A stretch of DNA of 24,858 bases from NCBI GenBank assembly GCA_963824385.1, contig CAWGPD010000005.1:1-24858 (forward strand), in the 5' to 3' direction. A program made the translations under genes and the position numbers. The DNA is from an uncultured Nitrososphaerota archaeon. Its GTDB lineage: Archaea; Thermoproteota; Nitrososphaeria; Nitrososphaerales; Nitrosopumilaceae. Below, in pieces: positions 9,217 to 17,417 of the stretch; within the stretch, counting starts at the first letter, position 1, and each line of letters starts with the position of its first letter. The notes beneath the pieces are model-generated. The model did not search any database, was not told the origin of the DNA, and was given only the letters and a program-made list of their open reading frames with translations.

Positions 9217-9582
9217 ATGCAAAAACCAATACCTGAATTAGAATCAATTTGTAAAAAAGTCGTTGAGTTGGATCCCAATGTTAGATTTACAGGAATAGTT
9301 TCTACTAAAGGTAAGCTCTTGGCGTCGCACAAAAAAGGAGGAATAAAACTACATGTAAATGAAAAAAATCATGAAATGTTATTCATGGGACTTGCCCTCA
9401 AGGAGAGGATGCGACAAGATTATGATGAACAACTTGGTCCTGTGGACTATACAGTATCACATAGGGCAAAATGCGTAATAATTGGTGTTCCTTTTGAGAA
9501 AAACATACTGCTCATATCAGGAGAAAAAGATTTGGATGTAACAAAGATTTCATCTAAAATATTGCAAATGCTCAATGCCTAA
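9217..9582 (+). CDS. Small roadblock/sensor-like thaumarchaeal protein (DUF6659-like)
   Basis: LDPNVRFTGIV..KGKLLA...RMRQDYDEQLGPVDYTVSHR pattern recalled from this family. Confidence 0.7.
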   Translation: MQKPIPELESICKKVVELDPNVRFTGIVSTKGKLLASHKKGGIKLHVNEKNHEMLFMGLALKERMRQDYDEQLGPVDYTVSHRAKCVIIGVPFEKNILLISGEKDLDVTKISSKILQMLNA

Positions 9583-9606
9583 GACTATAAGCAAAAATGA
9601 AAAAAT

Positions 9607-9748
9607 TGCAGACTCGGTCGATTCCTGTTCTAAGGCAATAACAAAAGACCCTTAGAACACGAACCGCTTGATGTTTGTGTTAGTCTGCACAATCTATTAC
9701 GTGATACGGATTCAAAAGATTTTGTTTGTTTATTTTGAAACAAACAAA
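9607..9748. other. Nested inverted repeats: structured RNA or terminator candidate
   Basis: Stems 9607-9614/9682-9689 (8 bp), 9615-9620/9660-9666, 9626-9635/9650-9659 (10 bp), 9721-9731/9738-9748 (11 bp). Confidence 0.6.
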
Positions 9749-9757
9749 GAAAAATCA

Positions 9758-9772
9758 GAGTCTTACAGGACT
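9758..9772 (+). repeat. Core repeat copy GAGTCTTACAGGACT
   Basis: Exact 11-mer core, intergenic. Confidence 0.88.
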
Positions 9773-9974
9773 AGAGTATTCAATGGTTTTAAGCTAGTGA
9801 GATTTGGTGACCAGCAAGCGTACAAAATATGCACAGTGCATAATATTTACTCCAGATATCTCGCGTACAACCACATTTACAGGGACATTTTCTTAGTTTC
9901 AATTTTTTATCCTATATATCATAAGAATGACTTGGGTATTTGTAAGATTATCTAATTTATCAATTTAACAAGAT

Positions 9975-10421
9975 CTAGTGAACAATGGTAACCGGGCAGG
10001 CAGCGTGTTCTGATACATGTCTTGCAGTACTTCCAAGTCTTTTTAGAGATGAAACACCTGTTAGCTTTCTGCTTCCCATTACCACTAGATCAATTTTTGA
10101 TCTTTTTATCTCTTTTAAAATGGCATCAGATACGTCATCATGAACAATTTTATAAAATGCCTTTGCGCCCTCCTCTCTGCATTTTTCTGTAATTTTTTTC
10201 ATCTCTTTTTCACCTTGTTCAGTTAAAGCTTTTACAACCTGCTGATAATTCATAACTGCAGTTCCTGAAAAAACAGAGTCACTTATTGGATAGTAGACAG
10301 GAATTACCATCAAGAGTTTCAGATCAGCATTAAAATTTCGTGCAATATCTTTTGCCAATTCTAATGCTTTTTTTGAAAGTGGTGAGCCATCATATGGCAC
10401 TAGAATATTTTTTAGTAACAA
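9975..10421 (-). CDS. Universal stress protein (UspA family)
   Basis: NILVPYDGSPLS and DLVVMGSR...LGSTARHVSEHAACPVTIVH. Confidence 0.95.
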   Translation of the reverse strand: MLLKNILVPYDGSPLSKKALELAKDIARNFNADLKLLMVIPVYYPISDSVFSGTAVMNYQQVVKALTEQGEKEMKKITEKCREEGAKAFYKIVHDDVSDAILKEIKRSKIDLVVMGSRKLTGVSSLKRLGSTARHVSEHAACPVTIVH

Positions 10422-10691
10422 CTAGAATAATTCCTTAACTTTACTTCTGTATGCTTCAACGATTTGTCCAAATTCTGTAAAGTCACTTGCAGATGGAGTT
10501 TGCATTCTGAAAGCAAGCTGAGCTACAAAGAGTGTAAACGCGTTTCCCATCATCATGTTAAAAGTCAATTCAGAGAGGTCTTGAACCGCAGGAAATGCCA
10601 CTTTTAGAAATGGCAAGTATGCCTTGGTCTGGTTTAACATAAGTTCCATGTTTTTTTCAATTGCTGCTTTTACCTCAGGCTGAATAGTCAT
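10422..10691 (-). CDS. Hypothetical helical protein
   Basis: 89 aa ORF abutting both neighbours (0 and 1 nt gaps), so probably operonic. Confidence 0.75.
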   Translation of the reverse strand: MTIQPEVKAAIEKNMELMLNQTKAYLPFLKVAFPAVQDLSELTFNMMMGNAFTLFVAQLAFRMQTPSASDFTEFGQIVEAYRSKVKELF

Positions 10692-10692
10692 G

Positions 10693-10899
10693 CTAATTCA
10701 CCGAGACGACCTGGTACGGTTTTGATTGATAGTGGGTAGAGCATAAAAACACCATTTCTCCATTTAATACCTTGGCTGTAATTGATATACCATTTAATTC
10801 TTTTTTACATATATGACATGTAAGCGGTTTGACATCAGATTTTATGAATTTTTTTTCATGTGAAAAATACAAGTCCTGAGCTATGAAACTGTCTGCCAT
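10693..10899 (-). CDS. Small zinc-finger protein (CxxC...CxxH)
   Basis: CHIC and CSTH; TATA-like TTTAATAA about 25-30 nt upstream on the minus strand. Confidence 0.72.
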   Translation of the reverse strand: MADSFIAQDLYFSHEKKFIKSDVKPLTCHICKKELNGISITAKVLNGEMVFLCSTHYQSKPYQVVSVN

Positions 10900-11020
10900 A
10901 TTTCATAAAAGACAGTTTCAATATTATTAAAGTGATCTTCATTATCAAGGCTGATTCCAAGTGGTTATCAGTTTTGATAATCCTGACAGAAATTTTATAC
11001 TAAATTAATGGATTATTGTC

Positions 11021-11470
11021 ATGACAATAGCTCGCGATATAATGTCAAGTAAAATAGTCACAATGGAATCAAATGTATCATCTACTGAAATTGCAAAGAT
11101 TATGGACAAAAACAAGGTAAGCAGTGTTATAATAACAAAAGATCAAGTACCAATTGGCATAGTAACGGAGAGAGACATGGTGTCAAAAATCGTTGCACAA
11201 AACAAGAAACCGTCTGAAGTAAAGACTGCAGAGATTACAGCCTCACCTCTTTTCATAGTAAGTTCACTTACACCTACAGATGATGTAGCAAAGAAAATGG
11301 TAGATAAAAAAATTAGGCGAGTTGTAGTAATGGATTCTGACCAGGCACTAGGAATCATAACGGTGACAGATTTTGTAAAGCACTTGCATGAGATGCTTTC
11401 AGATTCCGAAAATTACAACAAGATTCTATATCAGCATCTAATAGAAGACTGGGAATACTGGATGTCCTAA
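11021..11470 (+). CDS. CBS-domain pair protein
   Basis: ARDIMS, PIGIVTERDMV, GIITVTDF. Confidence 0.93.
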   Translation: MTIARDIMSSKIVTMESNVSSTEIAKIMDKNKVSSVIITKDQVPIGIVTERDMVSKIVAQNKKPSEVKTAEITASPLFIVSSLTPTDDVAKKMVDKKIRRVVVMDSDQALGIITVTDFVKHLHEMLSDSENYNKILYQHLIEDWEYWMS

Positions 11471-11595
11471 TCAGGACATAAATTTTTGTTAGTATAAAAT
11501 TTGAAATTAATGTATGAATCCAAGGATGGTTCTGGCATTACCATGTCTGATAATAGAATGTCAAGTTTTTATGTATCAGTTTCATACTGGAACCA

Positions 11596-12039
11596 TTGGA
11601 TAATTTTTCTGCCAAAGACATAATGAAGAATCAGGTTGTTACAGTTGATTCTGCCATGACAGTTATGGATACAGCAAAGATAATGGATGATGCAGGCATT
11701 GGCTGTGTTGTTGTTATAGAGAACAATATTGCAGTGGGCATTGTAACAGAGCGCGATTTTGTCAAAAGGGTTGTATCTCGTGCAATTCCACTGACAACTC
11801 CAATAAAAAAAGTAATGTCGTCTCCGTTGATTGTAGTAAATCCAGAAGAGAATATTTGGGAAGTGGCAGAACTTATGAAACAGCGAAGAATTCACAAGGT
11901 TCCAGTGGTATATCAAGATCTACTAGTTGGAATTGTAACAGCGACCGACTTGACTAAATTATGCAGCATTGGTTCTGATTCAGAGATGCGAAGGATAACA
12001 GACCAGATACTTTTGAGAATGAAGCCTGCAGACAAGTAA
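11596..12039 (+). CDS. CBS-domain pair protein
   Basis: AKDIMK, VGIVTERDFV, VMSSPLIVV, VGIVTATDL. Confidence 0.93.
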   Translation: MDNFSAKDIMKNQVVTVDSAMTVMDTAKIMDDAGIGCVVVIENNIAVGIVTERDFVKRVVSRAIPLTTPIKKVMSSPLIVVNPEENIWEVAELMKQRRIHKVPVVYQDLLVGIVTATDLTKLCSIGSDSEMRRITDQILLRMKPADK

Positions 12040-12045
12040 TTTAGT

Positions 12046-12915
12046 TTAATTTTTAACTATAGCGCGTACAATGTCAGTCTTTGTCACAATCCCTACCAAT
12101 AAGCTTGCCCTTGACAACTGGCAAGCCGCTGATTCCATTTCTTATCATCAAGAGCGAGACATTTGATACATCGTCTGATACATCTACAGTTACTGGGTTT
12201 GATGTCATAATATCAGTTGCAATAAATGTCAAAAGATAACTTAGTTGGTTTGAGCGATACTCTTTTGGATTTGTAGCCATCCTATAGTTTTCAACCTCAG
12301 TTGGATCTCCGGATTGTTTTAGCCACAGAGGCATCTTGGCAGGTATAAAATCTCGGTGAGTGATAATTCCTACAGGCTGTCTGTTTCTTTCTACAACTAC
12401 TCTAGATATTTTATTGTTGACAAGAACGCTTTCAACGTATAGTAGTGAATCAGTCTGGTTTTACTGTAATTACATCTCTTGTCATAATTTTAGAGACTAG
12501 TAATGGTTCTGTGGCTTGTGTCAAAAATACGGATGCCAAGTCTGTCTTTGTAATAATTCCAGCTAGTGTCTTGTCTTTGTGTAGCACTATAACAGAACTG
12601 ATTTTATTATCAAGCATTAGTTTAGCACAGTCGTATAACGTTGCACCTTCTGGAACAGTAACAAGGTCTTTAGACATAACATCAAATACGCGTGTAGCTT
12701 CAAGTGGTTTTGCATCAATTCTATAGATTGCCTTTACCAAGTCTTTTTCTGTCAGCATTCCTACTGGCTTGTCTTTTTCTGATACAATGAGTCGGCTAAT
12801 CCTGTGCTTTAGTAAGATTGCTCTTGCATCCAAGAGGCTTGTTCGTGGGGTTACTACAATTGTTTTTTTAATTACTTGATTTATACTGTCATTTTTTAGT
12901 TTCAATAATTTTCAT
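12046..12915 (-). CDS. Four-CBS-domain protein with apparent +1 frameshifts (about 12901, 12452, 12098)
   Basis: ORFs 12450..12905 and 12074..12334 join through DSLLYVESVLVNNKISRVVV..PVGIITHRDF and end VGIVTKTDIVRAIVKN*. ATG 12915 start needs a third correction, otherwise TTG 12905. Confidence 0.87.
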
Positions 12916-13037
12916 ATATTTTGGGTAGATTATAGGCTTTTTACAAATCTCACTTGTGATAACATTGTCAATACTTTCATAATTACAATCCAGCTACACT
13001 TTTGGTGATAATTTTCTAGGTTCTAATCCGGGTGAAT

Positions 13038-13228
13038 TCGGGTATCAACATGGGCTAATTTTGGACCCACTTTTCGTAAAATTGCAAAAATTGTAGTGGT
13101 GGTATTGAACTAATATTGCAATACCCATCAAAGGTATCATTACGGGTCAAACTATTCTAAGTTAGTAGATGGGTCTAACAGGATTCAATCCAACCTATGC
13201 AGATGTAACATGGGTCTAAAATTATTCC
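13038..13228. repeat. Left cluster of GGGTC-family repeats
   Basis: 13141-13182 matches the reverse complement of 22431-22474 (38/42 plus a 2-nt gap); 13200-13228 matches the reverse complement of 22455-22483 (25/29). Confidence 0.85.
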
Positions 13229-13241
13229 TAATATCTGTGTA

Positions 13242-13799
13242 CTACATGTCGTGTTGATTTGGATATAGCCAACTTCGTAGAAGTATACTCAATCTTGGCA
13301 AAGCAAAGTAAGTCAATACAGCCACGAGAATGCCCACATAAACAAAATTACTTGCTAACAACGACCATGAATCCAAATAAGAGGCAAGAAGAAAATGGGC
13401 GATAAAACTGACTACATATGCTGTTAGGAGAGTCACAATGAACATCTTCCACTTCGGAGGAGCTTTTACAGTCTTCAAATTTGGTAGTGCAAACCATGTT
13501 TCCATGCCCGTTGCCCTCTCGTAATGTTGGGTTGAATAATTCTTGACCTCATCCACAAGCTTGTTTCTTGCATCAGAGTTTTCCCAATTGTCCAAGGTGG
13601 TTTTATTATCGAAACGACATATCAAATATCTCAAGTCTGAATCCACTCCTTCGGGTGCAAGTGATGTCATTCCTCTATATCCTGGTGATTCTCGCATGGC
13701 TTGAATAAGACGATGCAACCAGTCCTCATACGCTTCTCTCTGGCCCGGCTTAATCTTTCTGTTGACAACCAGAATAGCATCGTCAGATGGTGTGACCAT
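13242..13799 (-). CDS. ABM (antibiotic biosynthesis monooxygenase)-fold protein with two C-terminal TM helices
   Basis: IKPGQREAYEDW..SPGYRG, LDNWENSDAR, TGMETWF..PPKWKM, hydrophobic C-terminus. Confidence 0.85.
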   Translation of the reverse strand: MVTPSDDAILVVNRKIKPGQREAYEDWLHRLIQAMRESPGYRGMTSLAPEGVDSDLRYLICRFDNKTTLDNWENSDARNKLVDEVKNYSTQHYERATGMETWFALPNLKTVKAPPKWKMFIVTLLTAYVVSFIAHFLLASYLDSWSLLASNFVYVGILVAVLTYFALPRLSILLRSWLYPNQHDM

Positions 13800-13923
13800 A
13801 ATATGTGCTCAATCTAACATGTGCTACTTGTTATAATAAATGATCCTCGATGATGAGTCTATGACTTAATTTTTGGACTAGAAATAATAAAAAATTTTTT
13901 AGTTAGACTGTATACAATATGAC

Positions 13924-14046
13924 ATGAATTTTGGCCTTTGTCTATTTTGTAACATGCATAGAGAACTTGAGATGCATTACTCCAAAAAATATACAAAGTC
14001 AGTTGAGATATGCAAAGACTGTCACAAATCAAAACCGCTTGATTGA
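13924..14046 (+). CDS. 40-aa zinc-binding microprotein (not in ORF track)
   Basis: MNFGLCLFCNMHRELEMHYSKKYTKSVEICKDCHKSKPLD*; CxxC...CxxCH. Confidence 0.65.
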   Translation: MNFGLCLFCNMHRELEMHYSKKYTKSVEICKDCHKSKPLD

Positions 14047-14061
14047 TTAAAAATTTGGAAA

Positions 14062-14865
14062 CTAGTAAAATTTAGTTCTGCCCTTTACAATTGGCTTCGC
14101 AATATTCCACAAGTATTCAAAATAATCATTACACCATTCATAAAATTCAGGATCTTTTCCGATAAATAACGTGTTCATGTCCACTTCTCCCTTTTGGTTT
14201 GGAAACATTATTGCAGCTTGCTTGTCTGCAATAAACAGCGAGATCTTCACATTACCATCTACTATTTTCTGTTCCAAAGATCCTTTTTGGATAAAACTTA
14301 TCAATTTCTTTTGTATGTTATCTACAATTTCATCTGGCATGACTGAATCAAATCCAAAAATTGTAGATATTTTTACGCCGTTCTTTACCCTGTCTAGCAG
14401 TATTTTTCCTTCATCTTCCCAAGCCTGAGAGACAATCAACTTTATGTGATCTTTTGCCTCAGATTCTATTTTTTTTATTCTCTGTTGCACAATTGTTACC
14501 TTGGTTATCAGTTCACAGTTGTTCAAAACTCCAAGTCTTTGTTTGAATTTTGGTGGAAGATCATATGAGTGGTCCTCGATGAAATCCTGATGCTTGAATA
14601 AGAATTGATAATATTGGATTTGTTCAACGATTAACTTGCCATATTCGGTTAAGGAGAACAACCCTTCCGAGTCTTTTCTTATTATTCTAGTCTCTGTAAG
14701 CCTAGCAGTGTTTCTATGGATCTCTTGAACTGTAAGATTGAGATCCTTGGCAAGTTTATTGGTCCTAGTTGGTTTTTCTTTTAGCATCAAAAGTATTGCA
14801 CACCTTGTCTCGCTAGCTAGTTCCATAAACAGATCAGCGGGTAAATTTGGATCAGAACTTGCCAC
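14062..14865 (-). CDS. Archaeal winged-HTH transcriptional regulator (ArsR-like N-terminus, DUF1724-like C-terminus)
   Basis: LASETRCAILLML..LAKDLNLTVQEIHRNTARL..FSLTEYG; C-terminal FYEWCNDYFEYLW. Confidence 0.85.
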   Translation of the reverse strand: MASSDPNLPADLFMELASETRCAILLMLKEKPTRTNKLAKDLNLTVQEIHRNTARLTETRIIRKDSEGLFSLTEYGKLIVEQIQYYQFLFKHQDFIEDHSYDLPPKFKQRLGVLNNCELITKVTIVQQRIKKIESEAKDHIKLIVSQAWEDEGKILLDRVKNGVKISTIFGFDSVMPDEIVDNIQKKLISFIQKGSLEQKIVDGNVKISLFIADKQAAIMFPNQKGEVDMNTLFIGKDPEFYEWCNDYFEYLWNIAKPIVKGRTKFY

Positions 14866-14931
14866 GATATTATGAAAGTAACCTATTGTAAAAAGTTCTC
14901 GTATATTAAAAAATGAGGTTAATGTTTATGG

Positions 14932-15084
14932 CTAAAATTCAATTTTTCGAGTAGAGTGCTTTGTTATCTCATTATGTAGCGTTACTGACGATTCATCATG
15001 AAATGTAAGATTACACCTATAGCATATCCAAAAAGATGGGATTGTTGGCTGTTTTATCAGCCCAACAGAAACTTGTGAAGCCAT
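14932..15084 (-). CDS. 50-aa C2H2-like zinc-finger microprotein
   Basis: WICYRCNLTF...LHNEITKH; ATG 15084 lies 1 nt after the upstream ORF stop. Confidence 0.72.
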   Translation of the reverse strand: MASQVSVGLIKQPTIPSFWICYRCNLTFHDESSVTLHNEITKHSTRKIEF

Positions 15085-15085
15085 C

Positions 15086-15202
15086 TTAGCCGTATGTCCT
15101 CCCACAGGTTTCACATTGCCAATGTGATGTTATGACAGTCCATTTGTGCTCATGTTGTGTTTCTGATATTCTATTTCTTGGAATTTGGTTTATTGTTTCC
15201 AT
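15086..15202 (-). CDS. 38-aa HxHxW...CxxCG zinc-binding microprotein (not in ORF track)
   Basis: METINQIPRNRISETQHEHKWTVITSHWQCETCGRTYG*. Confidence 0.65.
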   Translation of the reverse strand: METINQIPRNRISETQHEHKWTVITSHWQCETCGRTYG

Positions 15203-15257
15203 ATGGTCCTAGTCGAAGAAGGTGATGATATATTCAAGTAAATTCAATTCTTGAGAT

Positions 15258-15283
15258 GTAAACAGATCTGTTTACTGTAAACA
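15258..15283. promoter_or_regulatory. Candidate operator in divergent promoter
   Basis: Perfect 18-bp palindrome GTAAACAGATCTGTTTAC overlapping TGTTTAC-T-GTAAACA. Confidence 0.65.
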
Positions 15284-15349
15284 ACTTTCTTTAAAATTCC
15301 AGTCTTTCGTTTAGGGCATCTTAAGTAAATTCCCGACTATACTGTTTAC

Positions 15350-16099
15350 ATGATTCGAATAATCAAAGAACAAGAACAATACAAGGGAGAAAGTGACTGG
15401 TTAACAACATATCACCACTTTTCTTTTGGTGAATATTATGATCCAAGTAAAGTCAACTTTGGACCATTACGTGTCTTCAATGACGATATAATACAACCTG
15501 GAAAAGGTTTTGATTTTCATCAACATCAAGACATGGAGATAGTAACCTATGTGGTAGAAGGAGAACTTGAGCACAAGGACAATCTTGGAAATCATGGAAT
15601 AATACAACCAGGCGAAATACAGAGAATGTCAGCTGGAACGGGGGTATTCCATTCAGAATTTAACCATTCAGATGTAAAGCCACTTCGACTATTACAGATT
15701 TGGCTTTTTAGCAACACCAGAGGATTAAAGCCATCATGGGAACAGAAAAAATACACAAAAGATGATAGGAAAAACAAGTTACTTCCTATAATTAGTCCAA
15801 AGAACTCTTACCAAAAAGACAGACTTGCAATAAGCCAAGATGCTACTTTTTACATCTCAAATCTGGAAACAGGTAATGATCAAAACTATATAGTAAATAG
15901 AGATAGAATACTCTACTTGTTTGTAATTGAAGGCAAAATTACATTAAATGGCAAAGTGCTCAATACAAGAGACTCGGCACAGGTAGAGAATGAAGAGAAC
16001 TTGAAGATACAAGCTCAAAGAGATACTGAGCTTATCTTAATTGATCTGCCAATTAGATATATGAAAAATTCAGTGCCAGTGGAGGTTACACAAAAATGA
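15350..16099 (+). CDS. Pirin-family bicupin (YhhW-like)
   Basis: HHFSFGEYYDP, LRVFNDD, HQHQDMEIVTYV, HKDNLGN, MSAGTGVFHSEFN, LLQIW. Confidence 0.95.
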   Translation: MIRIIKEQEQYKGESDWLTTYHHFSFGEYYDPSKVNFGPLRVFNDDIIQPGKGFDFHQHQDMEIVTYVVEGELEHKDNLGNHGIIQPGEIQRMSAGTGVFHSEFNHSDVKPLRLLQIWLFSNTRGLKPSWEQKKYTKDDRKNKLLPIISPKNSYQKDRLAISQDATFYISNLETGNDQNYIVNRDRILYLFVIEGKITLNGKVLNTRDSAQVENEENLKIQAQRDTELILIDLPIRYMKNSVPVEVTQK

Positions 16100-16743
16100 G
16101 TATCAATGGAGAAAAACCATTGAAGACACTAATTGTACAATATACCCCGCGAAATGAAAGATCAAACACCAAAAAGATACTAGATGCTTTCATTGGAGAG
16201 ATAAAAAATTCAGATATTGAAAGACTTGATCTAGTAAAAGATGTACCAGACTTGTTTTCAGAACAAAATTTATCTGCGTATATCCACCGCAATTATCTAG
16301 GAGAAGAACTATCTTCTGACCAGAAGAGTAGTTTATCAAAAATGGATCGTATGACTGCACAGCTAAAATCAGCTGATGTAGTAGTCGTTGCATTTCCAAT
16401 GTTTAATTTCTCAATGCCTGCAACTGTCAAGGCTTGGTTTGATTATGTAATGATAAAAGGACAAACATGGGATGCCAAGGATGGAAGCTACATTGGACTA
16501 ATGAATGGAAAAAAAGCCTTGGCTATTGTATCATCAGGCACAGTTTACGATACCGAACCAATGGCATCATGGGAATATGCATTATCGCTTGCAAAGATTG
16601 AATTCCAGTTTATGGGATATTCTGATATCCGTGGAATTCTTGCTGGTGGGATGAATGCTGGAGAAGATGTAAAATCTTTGAATTTAGAAAATTCTATCAA
16701 GCAAGTACAATCAATAGCACAAGAATGGAGTAAAGAAAAATGA
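16096..16743 (+). CDS. azoR: FMN-dependent NADH-azoreductase / NAD(P)H:quinone reductase (flavodoxin-2 fold)
   Basis: ADVVVVAFPMFNFSMPATVKAWFD, GKKALAIVSSG; ATGA overlap with pirin. Confidence 0.88.
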   Translation: MSINGEKPLKTLIVQYTPRNERSNTKKILDAFIGEIKNSDIERLDLVKDVPDLFSEQNLSAYIHRNYLGEELSSDQKSSLSKMDRMTAQLKSADVVVVAFPMFNFSMPATVKAWFDYVMIKGQTWDAKDGSYIGLMNGKKALAIVSSGTVYDTEPMASWEYALSLAKIEFQFMGYSDIRGILAGGMNAGEDVKSLNLENSIKQVQSIAQEWSKEK

Positions 16744-16823
16744 GAGCATACTACCACTTTTCCTTTGGTGAATCTTATGATCCAAGTTATATCATAATGC
16801 GTGATAAAGTGGTACTTGTTTGA
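16740..16823 (+). pseudogene. Pirin 5' fragment forming a 27-aa mini-ORF
   Basis: 16753-16787 matches 15414-15448 at 33/35 nt; reads MRAYYHFSFGESYDPSYIIMRDKVVLV*. Confidence 0.7.
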
Positions 16824-16839
16824 TGGTGGTTGCGTAAAA

Positions 16840-17247
16840 ATGAGTCAATCTAATAATCCGTTGGAGATGAAAACCTATCTCATAGACGATAGTTTAAAAT
16901 TATTTGGGCAAAAATTTGCATTAGATGTAATTCAAAATATGTTATTTCTAAAACAAAAAAGATTCAGCGAGTTTTTGCATTCAATTGACGGCATAAACAC
17001 AAAGACGCTATCTATTAGGTTAAAGGATCTAGAAGGATACGGATTAGTTGAAAGAAAGATCCTAAAGAATAGACCTCTTGAAGTAGAATACAATTTAACT
17101 GAAAAAGGAATGGCTTTGGAATCTATTCTAACTGAGATGATTGAATTTTCTAAAGTTTTTAAATCTAAAAACACTTTTGAAGATGGAAAACAAGATGAAA
17201 TATTTCTTGGATCCAAAACAAGATTATCTTCTGTTTATGATTACTGA
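16840..17247 (+). CDS. HxlR-family winged-helix regulator
   Basis: KRFSEF..IDGINTKTLSIRLKDLE..GLVER...VEYNLTEKG. Start set at ATG 16840 (ORF open from 16801). Confidence 0.92.
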   Translation: MSQSNNPLEMKTYLIDDSLKLFGQKFALDVIQNMLFLKQKRFSEFLHSIDGINTKTLSIRLKDLEGYGLVERKILKNRPLEVEYNLTEKGMALESILTEMIEFSKVFKSKNTFEDGKQDEIFLGSKTRLSSVYDY

Positions 17248-17417
17248 AATTTATTTTATAGTTCAAACTCAAATCCTAAGTACAGCGAATCTATAAATTA
17301 GTAATTCTGAATGATCTAGAAAATAATCTAAACTTCACATTTTCACTAATCAAAAATTTATCATGTTACCTTGTCGAAACTTCCATCAATAAATACCAGA
17401 ATATTATATTTACATCA

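Noticed and set aside
1729..9772. CRISPR array or classical integron
   Set aside because: Repeats are short and separated by 0.6-2.5 kb of genes; no cas or intI gene and no GTTRRRY/RYYYAAC boxes recognised.
9668..9955. 95-aa ORF
   Set aside because: TTG start, no motif, runs through hairpins and a repeat; probably spurious.
13038..13228. Replication origin (ORB) interpretation
   Set aside because: No clear ORB consensus and no cdc6/orc1 gene in the window.
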